In this document: piece after piece, positions 31,751-43,779 of the stretch
Layout: every line of letters starts with the position of its first letter
Position numbering within the stretch: the stretch's first letter is position 1
DNA from: an uncultured cyanobacterium
Lineage (GTDB): Bacteria; Cyanobacteriota; Cyanobacteriia; Cyanobacteriales; Microcystaceae
Assembly (NCBI GenBank): GCA_963807635.1
Contig: CAWEDJ010000071.1
Span: 32,001 to 96,000, forward strand
Direction of reading: 5' to 3'
DNA: 64,000 nucleotides
Made by a program: the position numbers and the translations under genes
The notes under the pieces: generated by a model
What the model was told of the DNA's origin: nothing
Seen by the model: the letters and a program-made list of their open reading frames with translations, nothing else
The model's database searches: none

Positions 31751-31948
31751 AACTTCCCCCTTAATAACTGAGTATTAATAAATTAGGTCAATAGGTCATT
31801 GTATATCATTCTGTCGGTCATGGGTTAATCAATTTTCCTTGGAACCAGTCTTTCCTCCAGGCAGACCCATCCTAGATCTGAATTTTTCCAAATTTTTCCA
31901 AAATAGTTTTTCAGGATAGTTTGTCGAGTTAGAAGGCGATCGCAAAAA

Positions 31949-31981
31949 AAATACAAGCAAAACAAACGTCTGCTTGTATTT
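31949..31981 (-). terminator. Intrinsic terminator-like hairpin after gap2
   Basis: AAATACAAGCA-loop-TGCTTGTATTT with a T-run on the minus strand. Confidence 0.55.
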
Positions 31982-32062
31982 ATGCCATGAAACTTAACAG
32001 AAAAAATCGACCTAAAAACGAAAAACAGGGATCAATTCATTCATTACCTTTAAAATGGAGAC

Positions 32063-33075
32063 TTATTTCCATTTTGTCGCAATTAATTCAGCTAAATCAA
32101 CAACCCGTTGGGAATAGCCCCACTCATTGTCATACCAAGCGATGACCTTAACCATGTCGCCGCCCATCACCATCGTTAAACTACCATCAACAGTAGAAGA
32201 ACAATCTGTTCCCTTAAAATCACTAGAAACCAAAGGAAGTTCGGTATAATCTAAAATTCCTTTTAAATAAGTATCAGAAGCTTCTTTTAAGACCTGATTC
32301 ACCTGTTCAGTAATCGTTCCTTTTTCCACCTGAACCACAAGATCGACCACAGACACATTCGGCGTGGGAACCCGAAGAGCAATCCCATTTAATTTTCCTT
32401 TCATTTCAGGAATAACCAAAGCCACCGCCTTAGCCGCTCCCGTAGAAGTCGGAACAATATTTACCGCCGCCGCTCTTGCCCGACGGAGATCCCGATGGCT
32501 AGCATCCAAAATCCGTTGATCCCCTGTATAGCTGTGGGTGGTCGTCATTGTGCCTTTGATAATGCCAAAATTCTCATGAATAACCTTGACCACGGGGGCT
32601 AAACAATTAGTGGTGCAACTGGCATTGCTGATCACGTTATATTCATCGTGCTGATAGTCTTCATGGTTAACACCCATGACAAAAGTTCCAATGTTTCGCC
32701 TTTACCTGGTGCTGTAATCAGAACTTTTTTGGCTCCAGCAGTGATATGTTTGGACGCACCTTCATTATCAATAAATACCCCTGTGGCTTCGATGATCAGG
32801 TCAACTCCCCAATCCGCCCAGGGTAAATTCAAAGGATTACGATCAGACACACACTTGATCGTTTTACCATTAACCATAATGGAATTCTCATCCGCGCTAA
32901 TATCGGCATCGAATTTGCCTAGCATGGAGTCATATCTCAACAAGTGGGCATTGGTACTGGGATCGGATGTGTCATTAATTCCAACAACTTCGATGTTGCT
33001 GTTCGTCCGTCCTAGCCAGCATCGTAAAAAATTGCGCCCAATCCGTCCAAATCCGTTGATAGCTACTCTAGTCAC
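32063..33075 (-). CDS. gap2: NAD(P)-dependent glyceraldehyde-3-phosphate dehydrogenase; frameshift near 32695
   Basis: GTG start with [54 protein letters not shown]. Confidence 0.93.
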
Positions 33076-33415
33076 TGCTTGTTCCCCTCGTGGTCTTACT
33101 AAATACATTAAAAGGTTATTAATGAGACTAATCATATCCTGAAGACAGAACACTTCGATCCCCAACTTTATAATTTCTCATAAATTTTCTTTTGTGTCGG
33201 GAAATTTAGGGACTAGGACGCTTTCCTGGGTAGTCGTCTTTTGGATGGTTGTCAAAAATGGGTCTGAGACATACTGTATTGAATGGGTAAATACCTATTC
33301 ATTTAGGAATAGCTTCTGGTACGATAGCGTGTAGTGTCTTACTATAAATAGCGCGTAGGGAGTGAGAGCCGCCTCCAATTAGTGACTACGTGCCGAATTT
33401 GAGGAGTGTTCGATA

Positions 33416-34946
33416 ATGAAAACCGTTGATTTTGAGGGTATTCCCTTCCATTTTATTGGAATTGGGGGAATTGGTATGTCTGCCTTGGCCTACGTTTTAG
33501 CCAAGCGTCAACTGCCCGTGTCGGGGTCTGATGTTCGTCCTAGTCATATTACCGAGCGTTTACAGTCCGTTGGGGTTAAAATTTTTAATCAGCAAATTGC
33601 TAGTAATCTAGAAATTTTTCAGTCTGTCAATGGTTCAGTACCAGAAAAGTTGGCGGTGGGTCAGGGAGTGATAGAACCCCACAATGCTCCTAATCATTCA
33701 GTTTCAGAACATAATGACACCAATGGAAAGGGAGATCATCCCTCAGAACGATTACCCAGGTCATTTGTTCAACGGCGATTAGTCATAAAAATGAGGAATA
33801 CCAGGCGGCTTTGGAAAAAGGTTGCCCCATTTATCACCGTTCCGATGTTTTAGCGGCTCTCATCCAAGATTATTACGGTATAGGCGTGGCGGGGACTCAT
33901 GGAAAAACCACGACAAGTAGTTTAATTGGTTATGTTTTGTTGGAAGCAGGATTAGACCCCACGATTATTGTTGGCGGCGAAGTTGATGCCTGGGATGGCA
34001 ATGCCCGCTTAGGTCTGGGGAAATACCTGGTCGCGGAAACCGATGAATCCGATGGTTCCCTCACTAAGCACCTCCCGAAAATTGGGATTGTCACCAATAT
34101 CGAACTAGACCACCCCGATCATTACCAGAGTCTAGAGCAGGTTGTGGGAATTTTTCAGACTTTTGAGTCGAATTGTGAGACCCTGATCGGTTGCGCTGAT
34201 TGCGAAGTGGTGATGTCTGCTTTAAAACCCCAGATTACCTATAGTTTACATCCTGAAAAACAGGCGGACTACACCATTAAAAATATTTCCTATGCTTCTG
34301 GCCATAGTTCCGTTGAAGTGTGGGAACGGGGTCAATGTTTAGGGACGATGCAGGTTAGTTTGCCAGGAGATCACAATATTAGTAATGCGTTGGCCGCCGT
34401 TGCAGTGGGTCGGCTCTTAGCGGTGAATTTTGAAACTATTGCGCCGCGATCGCGAGCTTTGGGGGAGCAAAACGACGGTTTGAACTAAAAGGAGTTTGTA
34501 ATGGGATCACCTTTATTGATGACTATGCCCACCATCCCAGTGAACTGTTAGCAACCCTGGCGGCCACCCGTCAGAAAGTCACTCACGGAGTTGACAAGCT
34601 CACCACAAGCGGTCAATATACGCGGATTGTTGCTATTTTCCAGCCCCATCGTTATAGTCGTACCAGTATTTTTTTAGAAGAATTTGCCACTTCTTTTAAA
34701 GATGCCGATTTAGTGATCTTGACCGATATTTATGGAGCGGGAGAAACCAATACCATGAATATTCAAGGAGAAGACCTGGTGAAAGCTGTCCGTAAGCATC
34801 ACAAAAATGTGATTTACCAGCCTTCTTTGGTAGAACTTACTGAATTTTTAGGTAAAACTTTACAATCAGGAGATTTGACCCTATTCTTAGGGGCAGGCAA
34901 TTTGAATCAAATTATTCCCGATGTGTTAGCAAACTGTTCCCCATAG
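33416..34946 (+). CDS. murC: UDP-N-acetylmuramate-L-alanine ligase; frameshifts near 33757 and 34443
   Basis: HFIGIGGIGMS, GTHGKTTT, ETDESDGS, DDYAHHP, FQPHRYSRT, LGAG. Confidence 0.92.
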
Positions 34947-35135
34947 TCTTTATTAATCTTGAATATTGATTTTCATGACAGATTTTAATTTATCAGGAAC
35001 CATGCCTTAAATGATGAGTCTAGGGCTTCAAATAGGTTCTAAAATCTTTATCGCCCCTTTTCTTCCAGTTAACTTACTCCTTTCCTAAACCTTCTTTTTT
35101 AACGCCTGACTTGCCGCAAAATTTCTAAACGCATC

Positions 35136-36074
35136 ATGACTTTTTCTACCCTTTCCCGTCCTCTCTCGGCTCCTATTCAATTAGCACAGACCCAAACCCT
35201 CATTCATGCAAATACATCCCTAGCAGATTACACCTCCTATCGAGTGGGGGGGCGGACCAATGGTATACCGCACCTCGGACTCGTAATGATCTGTATGCAA
35301 TTTTTGATTGGTTCGAGAAACAAGATTTACCCCTAACTTTATTGGGGGCGGGTTCAAATCTTCTGATTAGTGATCAAGGTATCCCAGGGTTAGTTCTCAG
35401 CACTCGTTACCTTCGTCAGAGCAAATTAGACATAGAGACAGGAAGGATTACGGCATCAGCAGGGGAGCCGATCGCCAAAGTTGCCTGGCAAGCGGCAAAA
35501 CAGGGATGGTTGGGTTTAGAGTGGGCAGTGGGAATTCCAGGCACAGTGGGGGGCGCAGTGGTAATGAATGCAGGAGCGCATAATCAATCAACCTCTGATT
35601 GTTTAATTAATGCTGTGGTGCTATCCCCCGATGGAACCTTAGAAACCTTGACGGCGGAAGAATTGGGTTTCAGTTATCGCACCTCTAATCTACAGGGCGA
35701 TCGCCGATTGGTGATTGAAGCAACTTTTCAGCTAAAAATGGGATTTGATCGTCAAGAAGTGATGGCCCAAACCAGTCATAATTTACATCACCGAAAAAAC
35801 TCCCAACCCTACGACAAACCCAGTTGTGGCAGTGTTTTTCGCAACCCCACGCCCCAGTATGCCGCTCGGATTATTGAACAATTGGGATTAAAAGGTCATC
35901 GTATCGGTGGTGCAGAGGTTTCCCATCGTCACGCTAATTTTATCCTTAATGCGGGAAATGCCAAGGCCACAGGATATTTTTCATTTGATCTGTCATGTTC
36001 AGGAACAGGTACAGGCCCATTGCTCCCTATTGTTGGAACCCGAAGTCAGAATTATGGGAGACTTTTCTCTTTAA
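35136..36074 (+). CDS. murB: UDP-N-acetylenolpyruvoylglucosamine reductase; frameshifts near 35255 and 35969
   Basis: YTSYRVGG, GAGSNLL, GIPGTVGGAVVMNAGA, SCGSVFRNP, HANFI, LEPEVRI. Confidence 0.92.
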
Positions 36075-36173
36075 AAAAGTTTAAGTTTCTTCAGGACAAA
36101 AATTGCCCACAAAAAAAGCAGGAAGTCATAGTACTTTCTGCCTTAGATTCCAACCTATCATTCAGGTGATTAT

Positions 36174-36818
36174 CTATGCTTTCTCGGCCTTTGCTTTGCC
36201 AGCCTTTGCTATCCTTCGTTTGAAGCCAATACCAAATCCTGCGGCGGTCATTGCTCCCAACATCGTTAGGGGTTCGGGGACAGCCTGGTAGGTGTTAGAA
36301 ACAGAAGTTAGGGAACCATTAGCGTTTACTGTGATAGTATCTGTAACGTAGAATTCATTCAGAGGAGGGACAATAAAACCTAAATAGGCAGAATCATTAC
36401 TAACGATAGGAAACCCTGCAATATCAGCTCCACCAGGCGTTAAAGAAATGCTTTTCAGAGAAGAAGTCAGCTCAGCGTTCTGGTTTACAGTAACGCCGCC
36501 TATTGGCTCGCCAGTTTTTGTGACTTTGTAGGTAATGTTGTAGGAACCTGCTCCAACGGTAACAGGGCCAGTAGCGACGGACAATTGCGGGCCTTTTGGT
36601 GCTGAAGAAGCGGTAATTACGTAATCAAGCCAATTCAAATTGGTGGTGGTGGTACTAAAGTCAGAGAAAGTCGTAGATCCAACGGTAAGAGAGTTAGATC
36701 CAATTGAGCCAATCGTGAACGCATTGGCAGAGGGAGCCAGTAGTGCTGATCCAGAGATTACTCCTAGCGTAGCGATCCCCATCACTAGAGATTGATATTT
36801 ATTAGATGGAATGGTCAT
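36174..36818 (-). CDS. PEP-CTERM (cyano-type) surface protein
   Basis: Signal peptide ending PSANA, Ser/Thr-rich body, C-terminal VPEPLTMLG-TM-FKRR. Confidence 0.9.
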   Translation of the reverse strand: MTIPSNKYQSLVMGIATLGVISGSALLAPSANAFTIGSIGSNSLTVGSTTFSDFSTTTTNLNWLDYVITASSAPKGPQLSVATGPVTVGAGSYNITYKVTKTGEPIGGVTVNQNAELTSSLKSISLTPGGADIAGFPIVSNDSAYLGFIVPPLNEFYVTDTITVNANGSLTSVSNTYQAVPEPLTMLGAMTAAGFGIGFKRRIAKAGKAKAEKA

Positions 36819-37243
36819 AATGGTATCGTGATCCAGAGAATAAAATTGTGTCAATAGTGTTTTGTGTCCAAGTTGATTATGAATTATGTCATCCAAGGAC
36901 ATTTTATCAAGTCAACTAAAGGGATTAGGGAGACAGTCTCAAATTTTAAGAAATTTCCTAATCAGAGAAGCTAAATACAGATTTTACCATAAAAAAATGA
37001 CCTGTCAAGCTTCAAAAAAATTAGAGAACTAAAATAAATTTTTTATCAAGAAAGATTCAAGCAATTACTACTTAGGAGAAAGAGTCTTTGGCACAGTTAT
37101 TTGACCATGATTTACTTGCTGCTATTTTTGTAATTTTGTATCCAAAGTTATCGATTAACGCGAGAAGACTTAACCGTAAAAAGAGAGAGAGATTATTTAA
37201 GAGATTGTTTAATTGTCATGGGCAGATAAAAAACAATATTTGC

Positions 37244-38133
37244 CTAGTGACCAAATCGACAAACGACCCGAAAACCAATGTCATACAAGGAAGCATGGGG
37301 ATCAAAGCGATCGCGTCTAGCGGAACGACATTTTTGGGGGCCTGACGTTCCAAGAACCTCCCCGAATCACCCGTTTACTATCATCTCCGTTTATCTGCCA
37401 AATACTGCCATCAGTGGGCGCATTGGTATAATTACGATGCCAGGGATCGGCACACCATTCTCGAATATTACCGTGTAAATCAGACAGTCCAAAGGTATTT
37501 CCTACTGCAAAATGATTCACAGGTGTGGTTTCTCGGCGATCGCACCCCAAGAGGCCCCGCACCATAGGCTCCTTTACTGCAAATTTTTGCTTGATATTCC
37601 CAATCTACCCCTGAATAGTTAGCGAGATCGGTGGTAAGGGTTTCCCCAAAGTGGAAAGGGGTTTGAGTATTTCCACGACAGGCATATTCCCATTCCGCTT
37701 CACTGGGTAAGCCATATTTTTTATTGGTTAATTGGGACAATCTCGCACAAAACTCCATCGCTTCATACCAGGAAACTTGCTCGACGGGACGATCAGCTCC
37801 CCGAAAATGAGCGCATTCTGGATCAAGAGATTCGGCAATTTTAGGGAGGCTTGCCACCACTGCCCACTGAGCCTGGGTAATCGGATATCGACTCATCCAA
37901 AAGTTGGGAATACTAACTCGATGTTGAGGCCCTTGGGAAGAGTGATAGCCTTCTTCGGTGTCAGGGGAACCCATCAGGAATTGCCCAGGGGGAATCGATA
38001 CCATGTCCAAGAAAATTTCGTCTTTTAGTGGCTCTAAATAATGCTGGCTTGTTAGGCATTCCTTTTTAAGAAGTTTGCCCTCGGCATCAACCGTAATAGC
38101 TTCAAATTCAAAGAGAGAGGAATCTGTGATCAT
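37244..38133 (-). CDS. Formylglycine-generating-enzyme (SUMF1/FGE-sulfatase) domain protein; two frameshifts
   Basis: FLMGS, PVEQVSW, LPSEAEWEYACR, GLSDLHGNIREWC, RGGSW, IGFRVV. Confidence 0.85.
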
Positions 38134-38615
38134 GCCTATTATTATCAGCTAGAAGGTTCGCGATCGCAACGACTCCAACGATCATTGGTCAACCATAATC
38201 CTTTCCATGACTAAAAATTGAATTTAAAATCTTGGCAAAATCACAGATGTGAGTTAAGATTAACCAGCCTCAAATTTTAATCCTCTTGATTTATTATTGT
38301 TTTATAAAATTAAGTCATCCTAAACGTTGAGTCAGTCGTTTACTGACTGGTAAAACCTTAAGGAAATTGATGGCTTTCTTGCCCTATGAAAATATATAGC
38401 CGCAATCATTATTGTCTATAATATCAATTATTACTATCTATGATACTTTGATGTAAGACAAGTTTTATGGGAACGGTAAACTGGTCGTAACAATACAAAT
38501 GTTACCTAAATCATAGAATAAAGTCATTGATCATGATTGATTAAATCAAGTGATTTGTTAAAAAATTTGTTATTGTTAATTTCCCTTAGCGTTAATAATC
38601 GCCCCTATTGTATAG

Positions 38616-40040
38616 ATGACTGCTTTACCCAATCCCCGTCAGTCTTCTCCCCAATCCTATGCTGCAACTAGCCATCTTCCAGCCGAAACCTCTCCTATGT
38701 TGGCCTTGAAGGAACTTGTGGCGAGTTTGTATCGAGAACAGGGCAAGGTTCAAAATTTATTAAGTTCCCTCGGATTTGCCCTCAGAAGTTTTAATAATCT
38801 CAATCAATTTTTAGAACTCGCTCCTTTGATGGCCGCGAGAGTGACTGATGCGGAGGCGAGTGCCTTAATTTTATTCAAAACGAAGGCACAAATTACCCTA
38901 GAACAAATTCATGGTCAACCCCAACAATTGACCCAGGAAATTCGTCAAGCCTTAGAAGGGGTTCTCAAAACCTTTAATGATGATAGCAACGCACAGGATC
39001 AAAAAACGTCGTTGACGAGTTTGGATGAACAAATTCGGTCTTGTTTAGGCTCTCGTATTCGACTGTATAACACGCCGATTTTAGTCAAAAATGAAGAACG
39101 GGGTAAGCTTTATGTTTTTAGTGTGGATTCCCAATATCTCTGGACTCAAACGCGACGGAAACTATTACAACTTGTTGCGGATCAAACGGCTGTCGCGATC
39201 GCCAATAGTGAATTAACGTCTGAATTGCGGGCTAAAGAAAGACAAGACCGAGAACTGGAAATCGCGTCAGAAATTCAAGACCGACTCTTGCCGAGACAAT
39301 GTCCCCAAATTCAAGGATTAGACTTGGCGGCTCGTTGTGTGACGGCCAACCGTGTGGGGGGAGATTACTATGACTTTATTCCGACTAATTACGACCAATT
39401 ACGCCAAGATGGGAAAAATGCCAAAAATGAATCCACGCCTTCTGTTCCCTGGAGTATTGTCATTGGGGATGTTATGGGAAAAGGCGTGCCAGCAGGCTTG
39501 ATTATGACTATGACGCGGGGGATGTTACGGGCTGAAGTCCTCAACCGCCATAGTCCTGCCCAAATTCTCCACCACCTGAATCGCGTTATGTACGCCGATT
39601 TAGAAAACTCCCATCGGTTTGTCACGCTTTTTTATTCGGAATATGATCCTGACACCCGTGTTTTGTCTTTTAGTAATGCGGCCCATAATCCCCCGTTACT
39701 GTGGAAATCAACTCAAGATCTCATCGGTTCTCTGGATACAGAAGGCTCTCTGATTGGATTAGATGGAGACTCCCAATACGAAGATGCCCAGGTTCAACTC
39801 ACCCCTGGAGATGTTTTGATTTATTACACCGATGGCCTGACGGATGCGGTCAACAATAACGGAGATCGCTTTGATGAGGGGAACTTAAAACGGGTTTTTC
39901 GGGAAGGGTGTGAACGGGGAACAACGGCCCAGGCTATCCTAGATTACATTTTTGATCGGATTCAGGACTTTATTGGGTCAGGAAATAATCATCAAGATGA
40001 TATGACCCTGGTCATTATGCGGGTAAAATCATCGGAGTAA
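38616..40040 (+). CDS. GAF + PP2C/SpoIIE serine phosphatase (RsbU-like)
   Basis: VGGDYYDF, IGDVMGKG, YTDGLTDA, DDMTLV. Confidence 0.9.
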   Translation: MTALPNPRQSSPQSYAATSHLPAETSPMLALKELVASLYREQGKVQNLLSSLGFALRSFNNLNQFLELAPLMAARVTDAEASALILFKTKAQITLEQIHGQPQQLTQEIRQALEGVLKTFNDDSNAQDQKTSLTSLDEQIRSCLGSRIRLYNTPILVKNEERGKLYVFSVDSQYLWTQTRRKLLQLVADQTAVAIANSELTSELRAKERQDRELEIASEIQDRLLPRQCPQIQGLDLAARCVTANRVGGDYYDFIPTNYDQLRQDGKNAKNESTPSVPWSIVIGDVMGKGVPAGLIMTMTRGMLRAEVLNRHSPAQILHHLNRVMYADLENSHRFVTLFYSEYDPDTRVLSFSNAAHNPPLLWKSTQDLIGSLDTEGSLIGLDGDSQYEDAQVQLTPGDVLIYYTDGLTDAVNNNGDRFDEGNLKRVFREGCERGTTAQAILDYIFDRIQDFIGSGNNHQDDMTLVIMRVKSSE

Positions 40041-40065
40041 GACTTTATAATCTAGGATAAATGAA

Positions 40066-40328
40066 ATGCTTCTTGTAAATATGGTAGATATCTCAACCCT
40101 CAGCTTAAGTGGTATTGATACCCTCTTCGATCATCACAGCATTTCTCTCCTGGGTCATCAATTCTCTGACTTGACAACTCTGCTTGCCCAAAATGCAGCA
40201 GACTTGAAAAAAATAGATATTATCGGCGATTTTCAAAAATCTTTCCAAAATTTTATCAAAACGGGTCAAGTCTGGCCCTGGGTATTGGCCTAGTTATTGG
40301 TTGGCTACTCAAGGGGTTTCTCGGTTAG
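40066..40328 (+). CDS. Small membrane protein; frameshift near 40275
   Basis: FQNFIKTGQVW then ALGIGLVIGWLLKGFLG after frame correction. Confidence 0.6.
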
Positions 40329-40386
40329 TTTATTAACCCCAAGTCAGTCCTACTAATTCATTATTTACAATTTACAGGGTTTTATC

Positions 40387-41776
40387 GTGACAACAGCAAA
40401 AAAAACGTGGAGCGATCGCTTTGAAGGGTCATTGCACCCCGCCATTGTGCTTTTTAATGCCAGTATCGGCTTTGATATTGAACTGATCGAGTATGACTTA
40501 AGCGGATCAGTCGCCCACGCCAAAATGTTAGGCCATACGGGGATTATTTCACCCACAGAGGCCGATCAATTGGTCGAAGGATTAGAAACCATCCGCCAGG
40601 AATATCGGGACGGTAAATTCACCCCAGGCATTGATCAAGAAGATGTGCATTTTGCAGTAGAACGACGACTCACGGAATTAGTAGGGGATGTGGGCAAAAA
40701 ACTCCATACAGCCCGTTCTCGTAATGATCAGGTCGGAACCGATGTTCGGCTTTATCTCCGCGCAGAAATAGACCAGATTCGGGATTATCTTCGAGATTTT
40801 CAACGGGTTCTGGTGACGATCGCCGATAAAAATGTCGAAACCCTGATCCCAGGCTATACCCATCTCCAACGCGCCCAACCCGTTAGCCTCGCCCATCACT
40901 TTTTGGCGTATTTTCAGATGGCACAGCGAGATTGGCAACGCCTCGGAGAAATTCGCGCCCGTACTAATATTTCTCCCCTCGGATCGGGAGCCTTAGCAGG
41001 AACCACCTTTCCCATTGATCGCCATTATAGTGCTAATTTACTCGGTTTTGAAGGGGTTTATGCCAATAGCTTAGATGGAGTCAGCGATCGCGACTTTGCC
41101 ATTGAATTTCTCAATGCGGCGAGCCTAATCATGGTACATCTCAGCCGTCTGAGTGAAGAAATGATTCTCTGGGCTTCCCAGGAATTTAGCTTTATTAGCC
41201 TAACCGATAGCTGTGCAACGGGTTCTAGCATCATGCCCCAAAAGAAAAATCCTGATGTTCCCGAACTGATTCGCGGTAAAGCAGGACGAGTCATTCGGCC
41301 ATCTTCAGGGAATGTTGGTTTTGATGAAGGGTTTACCCTTGGCCTATAACAAAGACCTCCAGGAAGATAAAGAAGCTCTCTTTGATGCGGTTAAAACTGT
41401 TAAAGTTTCCCTCGAAGCCATGACGGTTTTACTAGAAGAAGGGATTATTTTCCGTCAAGAAAGACTGGCAGAAGCGGTTTCTGAAGATTTTTCTAATGCC
41501 ACCGATGTGGCAGATTATTTAGCAGCTAAGGGTGTGCCTTTCCGAGAAGCCTACAATTTAGTCGGAAAAGTGGTCAAAAGTAGTCTTGCGATCGGGAAAT
41601 TACTCAAGGATCTCAGCCTAGAGGAGTGGAAAGCCTTACATCCTGCCTTTGAAAGCGATATTTATGATGCGATCGCTCCTCGACAGGTGGTTGCCGCCCG
41701 CAATAGCTATGGTGGCACAGGATTTGAGCAAGTCCGACTAGCCCTTGCATCAGCCAAAGCAGAAATTGGGCAATAG
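40387..41776 (+). CDS. argH: Argininosuccinate lyase; frameshift near 41293
   Basis: [43 protein letters not shown]. Confidence 0.95.
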
Positions 41777-41813
41777 GGTGACCATACTGGACTGAATCAG
41801 CCCTAGAAAACGA

Positions 41814-42110
41814 CTAAGGATTAGAAAGGAATAACTTCGCTGTAATGCCCAAAAGCGCACCAGCAACAATGACAATCAGTGACCAGAGTTGATTTTTCTG
41901 GGTTCCGCCCAATTCTCTGACTTGACCTTCTAGCCCCGTCAATTTGGTTTCGACGGTTGCCAATTTGATGTTAGTTTGGTTGATTTCTTGGGTAAGTTTA
42001 TCCAACTTCTCATCCGTCTTTTCAAAACGAGCATCTAATTTATCAAAACGCTCATTTATTGTATTTAGGATTTCCCTTAAGTCAGTCTCAACGGTCACTG
42101 GGCTTGGCAT
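41814..42110 (-). CDS. Small coiled-coil protein with a C-terminal TM helix
   Basis: Heptads RFDKLDARFEKTDEKLDKL and a terminal hydrophobic helix. Confidence 0.65.
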   Translation of the reverse strand: MPSPVTVETDLREILNTINERFDKLDARFEKTDEKLDKLTQEINQTNIKLATVETKLTGLEGQVRELGGTQKNQLWSLIVIVAGALLGITAKLFLSNP

Positions 42111-42224
42111 GGCTTAAACATCCTCGTACTGAAAAAGTTTATCAATGCCATTCTAACCCATGCTCTGATGAAAAAAAAGCATTTATGAGATAACCTGAAA
42201 TTATTCTTTTTTAAATGCTTTTTT

Positions 42225-42680
42225 ATGCAACAAATTTGGCGATACCTCAAAACTTTTTTAAAAGTTGCCTTCCGTCACCCTGTCACGGGGGTCACAATTG
42301 TCCCTATTTTGCCCGATGGACGCATCGCTCTAATCCAACGACGAGACTCTGGACAATGGGGTTTACCTGGCGGATTAGTCGATTACGGAGAAGATATTCC
42401 GACGACGGTAAGAAGGGAACTCACGGAAGAAACGGGACTAAATTTACTCAAAATTAGGCGTTTAGTAGGCGTTTATTCCCATCCCGATCGCGATCCACGA
42501 ATGCACTCCATCACCGTCTTAGTAGAAGCCGAAGTTGCAGGGAATTTAGCCACAAACGATACCCTAGAAGTATTAGATGTCAAAGCTTTTACTTTGGAAG
42601 AATTACCCCTGGGCGATTTGAGCCATGATCACGATCGCCACCTGAATGATTTTTTACAAGGGTTAACGATTATTGCCTAA
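42225..42680 (+). CDS. NUDIX hydrolase
   Basis: GGLVDYGE..TVRRELTEETG Nudix box. Confidence 0.9.
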   Translation: MQQIWRYLKTFLKVAFRHPVTGVTIVPILPDGRIALIQRRDSGQWGLPGGLVDYGEDIPTTVRRELTEETGLNLLKIRRLVGVYSHPDRDPRMHSITVLVEAEVAGNLATNDTLEVLDVKAFTLEELPLGDLSHDHDRHLNDFLQGLTIIA

Positions 42681-42702
42681 ATAATCTGATTTTTACTGTA
42701 AA

Positions 42703-42748
42703 ATAGAAATCTGTCAAATTTGATAGATTTCTATCTTTAAGATATAAT
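42703..42748 (+). promoter_or_regulatory. Sigma70-type promoter overlapped by a 32-bp palindrome
   Basis: TTGATA (42720-42725), 17 bp spacer, TATAAT (42743-42748); palindrome ATAGAAATCTGTCAAA|TTTGATAGATTTCTAT (42703-42734, one mismatch). Confidence 0.6.
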
Positions 42749-42854
42749 CATTTTCAGAATTTCAGACTAAAATCATTGTTTGTGATTATTGTCAATTTTT
42801 GCAACAAAGGACTATACCCCCTCACAACTAAATTGGATTTAAATTGAAATAATT

Positions 42855-43187
42855 ATGAAGAAATCACCAGTTAATCCACGCTTAACATTTGATTATGTGA
42901 AAAGTAGTCTATTTCGCACAATTCATGCTGATGGCGTAGTAGGAAGTATTACTCCAGCATCTAACATTTATATTGCTTTTTTTAATGAACGTTTTGCAAT
43001 TCCCCAACAATTAGTATTTGAGATTCAACCTGATGGAGAAATCGGAGATGAAATTTTAGAATCTCGACGTTCCAGAGATTCGGTACTAAGAGAAATGGAG
43101 GTAGGAGTGACCATGAGTATTGATGCCGCAGAGTTTCTTCTGGAATCCTTACAAGAAATTATTAAGGAAGCAAAAGAACAAATGTAA
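42855..43187 (+). CDS. Hypothetical protein, beta-strands plus C-terminal helix (DUF3467-like); gene 1 of a three-gene cassette
   Basis: FRTIHADGVVGSITP...IAFFNER...REMEVGVTMSIDAAEFL; the family call is by pattern only. Confidence 0.6.
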   Translation: MKKSPVNPRLTFDYVKSSLFRTIHADGVVGSITPASNIYIAFFNERFAIPQQLVFEIQPDGEIGDEILESRRSRDSVLREMEVGVTMSIDAAEFLLESLQEIIKEAKEQM

Positions 43188-43252
43188 GGAGACTAACATT
43201 TGTTTAAATTGTTAATCATCAACTTTAAAGATTCAACTAAGACAAAGCAATT

Positions 43253-43750
43253 ATGGCAACCACTTATCATAAGCCCAAAATTGAGAGTGTTTCGTCTGGG
43301 CGAATATATCGCACAAGATCTTTTCACGCAAGTAAGTATAGTCATTTCACTATTTCTAATAATATTGATTCTTTATGGAAAATTCAACCCGCGTTAGATA
43401 ATTTAGAAAAACTCTCCCTCTTGCCAAACAATTGGGACTCTTATGGTGCTGAATGTCCATCAACATTGGCCGTGGAGAATGCTCGTTCGTTTTTGTTTAA
43501 GTTGCCATCTTATTTTTCTTATTTATCGCCCCACGAAATTAATCCTTTTACAATAGTTCCAGTTTGTGATGGAGGGATTCAAATAGAATGGCGTAATAAA
43601 TATGCAGAAATTGAATTAGAAGTCGAATCTGATGGTAAATTTTCCTACTTACTTATTGATAAATCTCAAAAAGAAAGAGTTTTTCTAGAGAAACATGGAG
43701 TAGTTCCTTCAGATATAATTAAATTACTTGAAAAAGTATTTTATCATTGA
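43253..43750 (+). CDS. Hypothetical protein, putative antitoxin; gene 2 of the cassette
   Basis: LEKLSLLPNNWDSYGA...PVCDGGIQIEW...ELEVESDG. Confidence 0.6.
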   Translation: MATTYHKPKIESVSSGRIYRTRSFHASKYSHFTISNNIDSLWKIQPALDNLEKLSLLPNNWDSYGAECPSTLAVENARSFLFKLPSYFSYLSPHEINPFTIVPVCDGGIQIEWRNKYAEIELEVESDGKFSYLLIDKSQKERVFLEKHGVVPSDIIKLLEKVFYH

Positions 43751-43779
43751 TTTTAAGTATCTTTTAGCTTCAATATTAA

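Noticed and set aside
33620..33750. Insert in MurC as an intein or mobile element
   Set aside because: Short low-complexity linker without intein terminal motifs or inverted repeats.
43200..43397. Separate 65-aa gene overlapping cassette gene 2
   Set aside because: It mostly overlaps 43253..43750 in another frame; kept only as a caveat on the gene 2 start.
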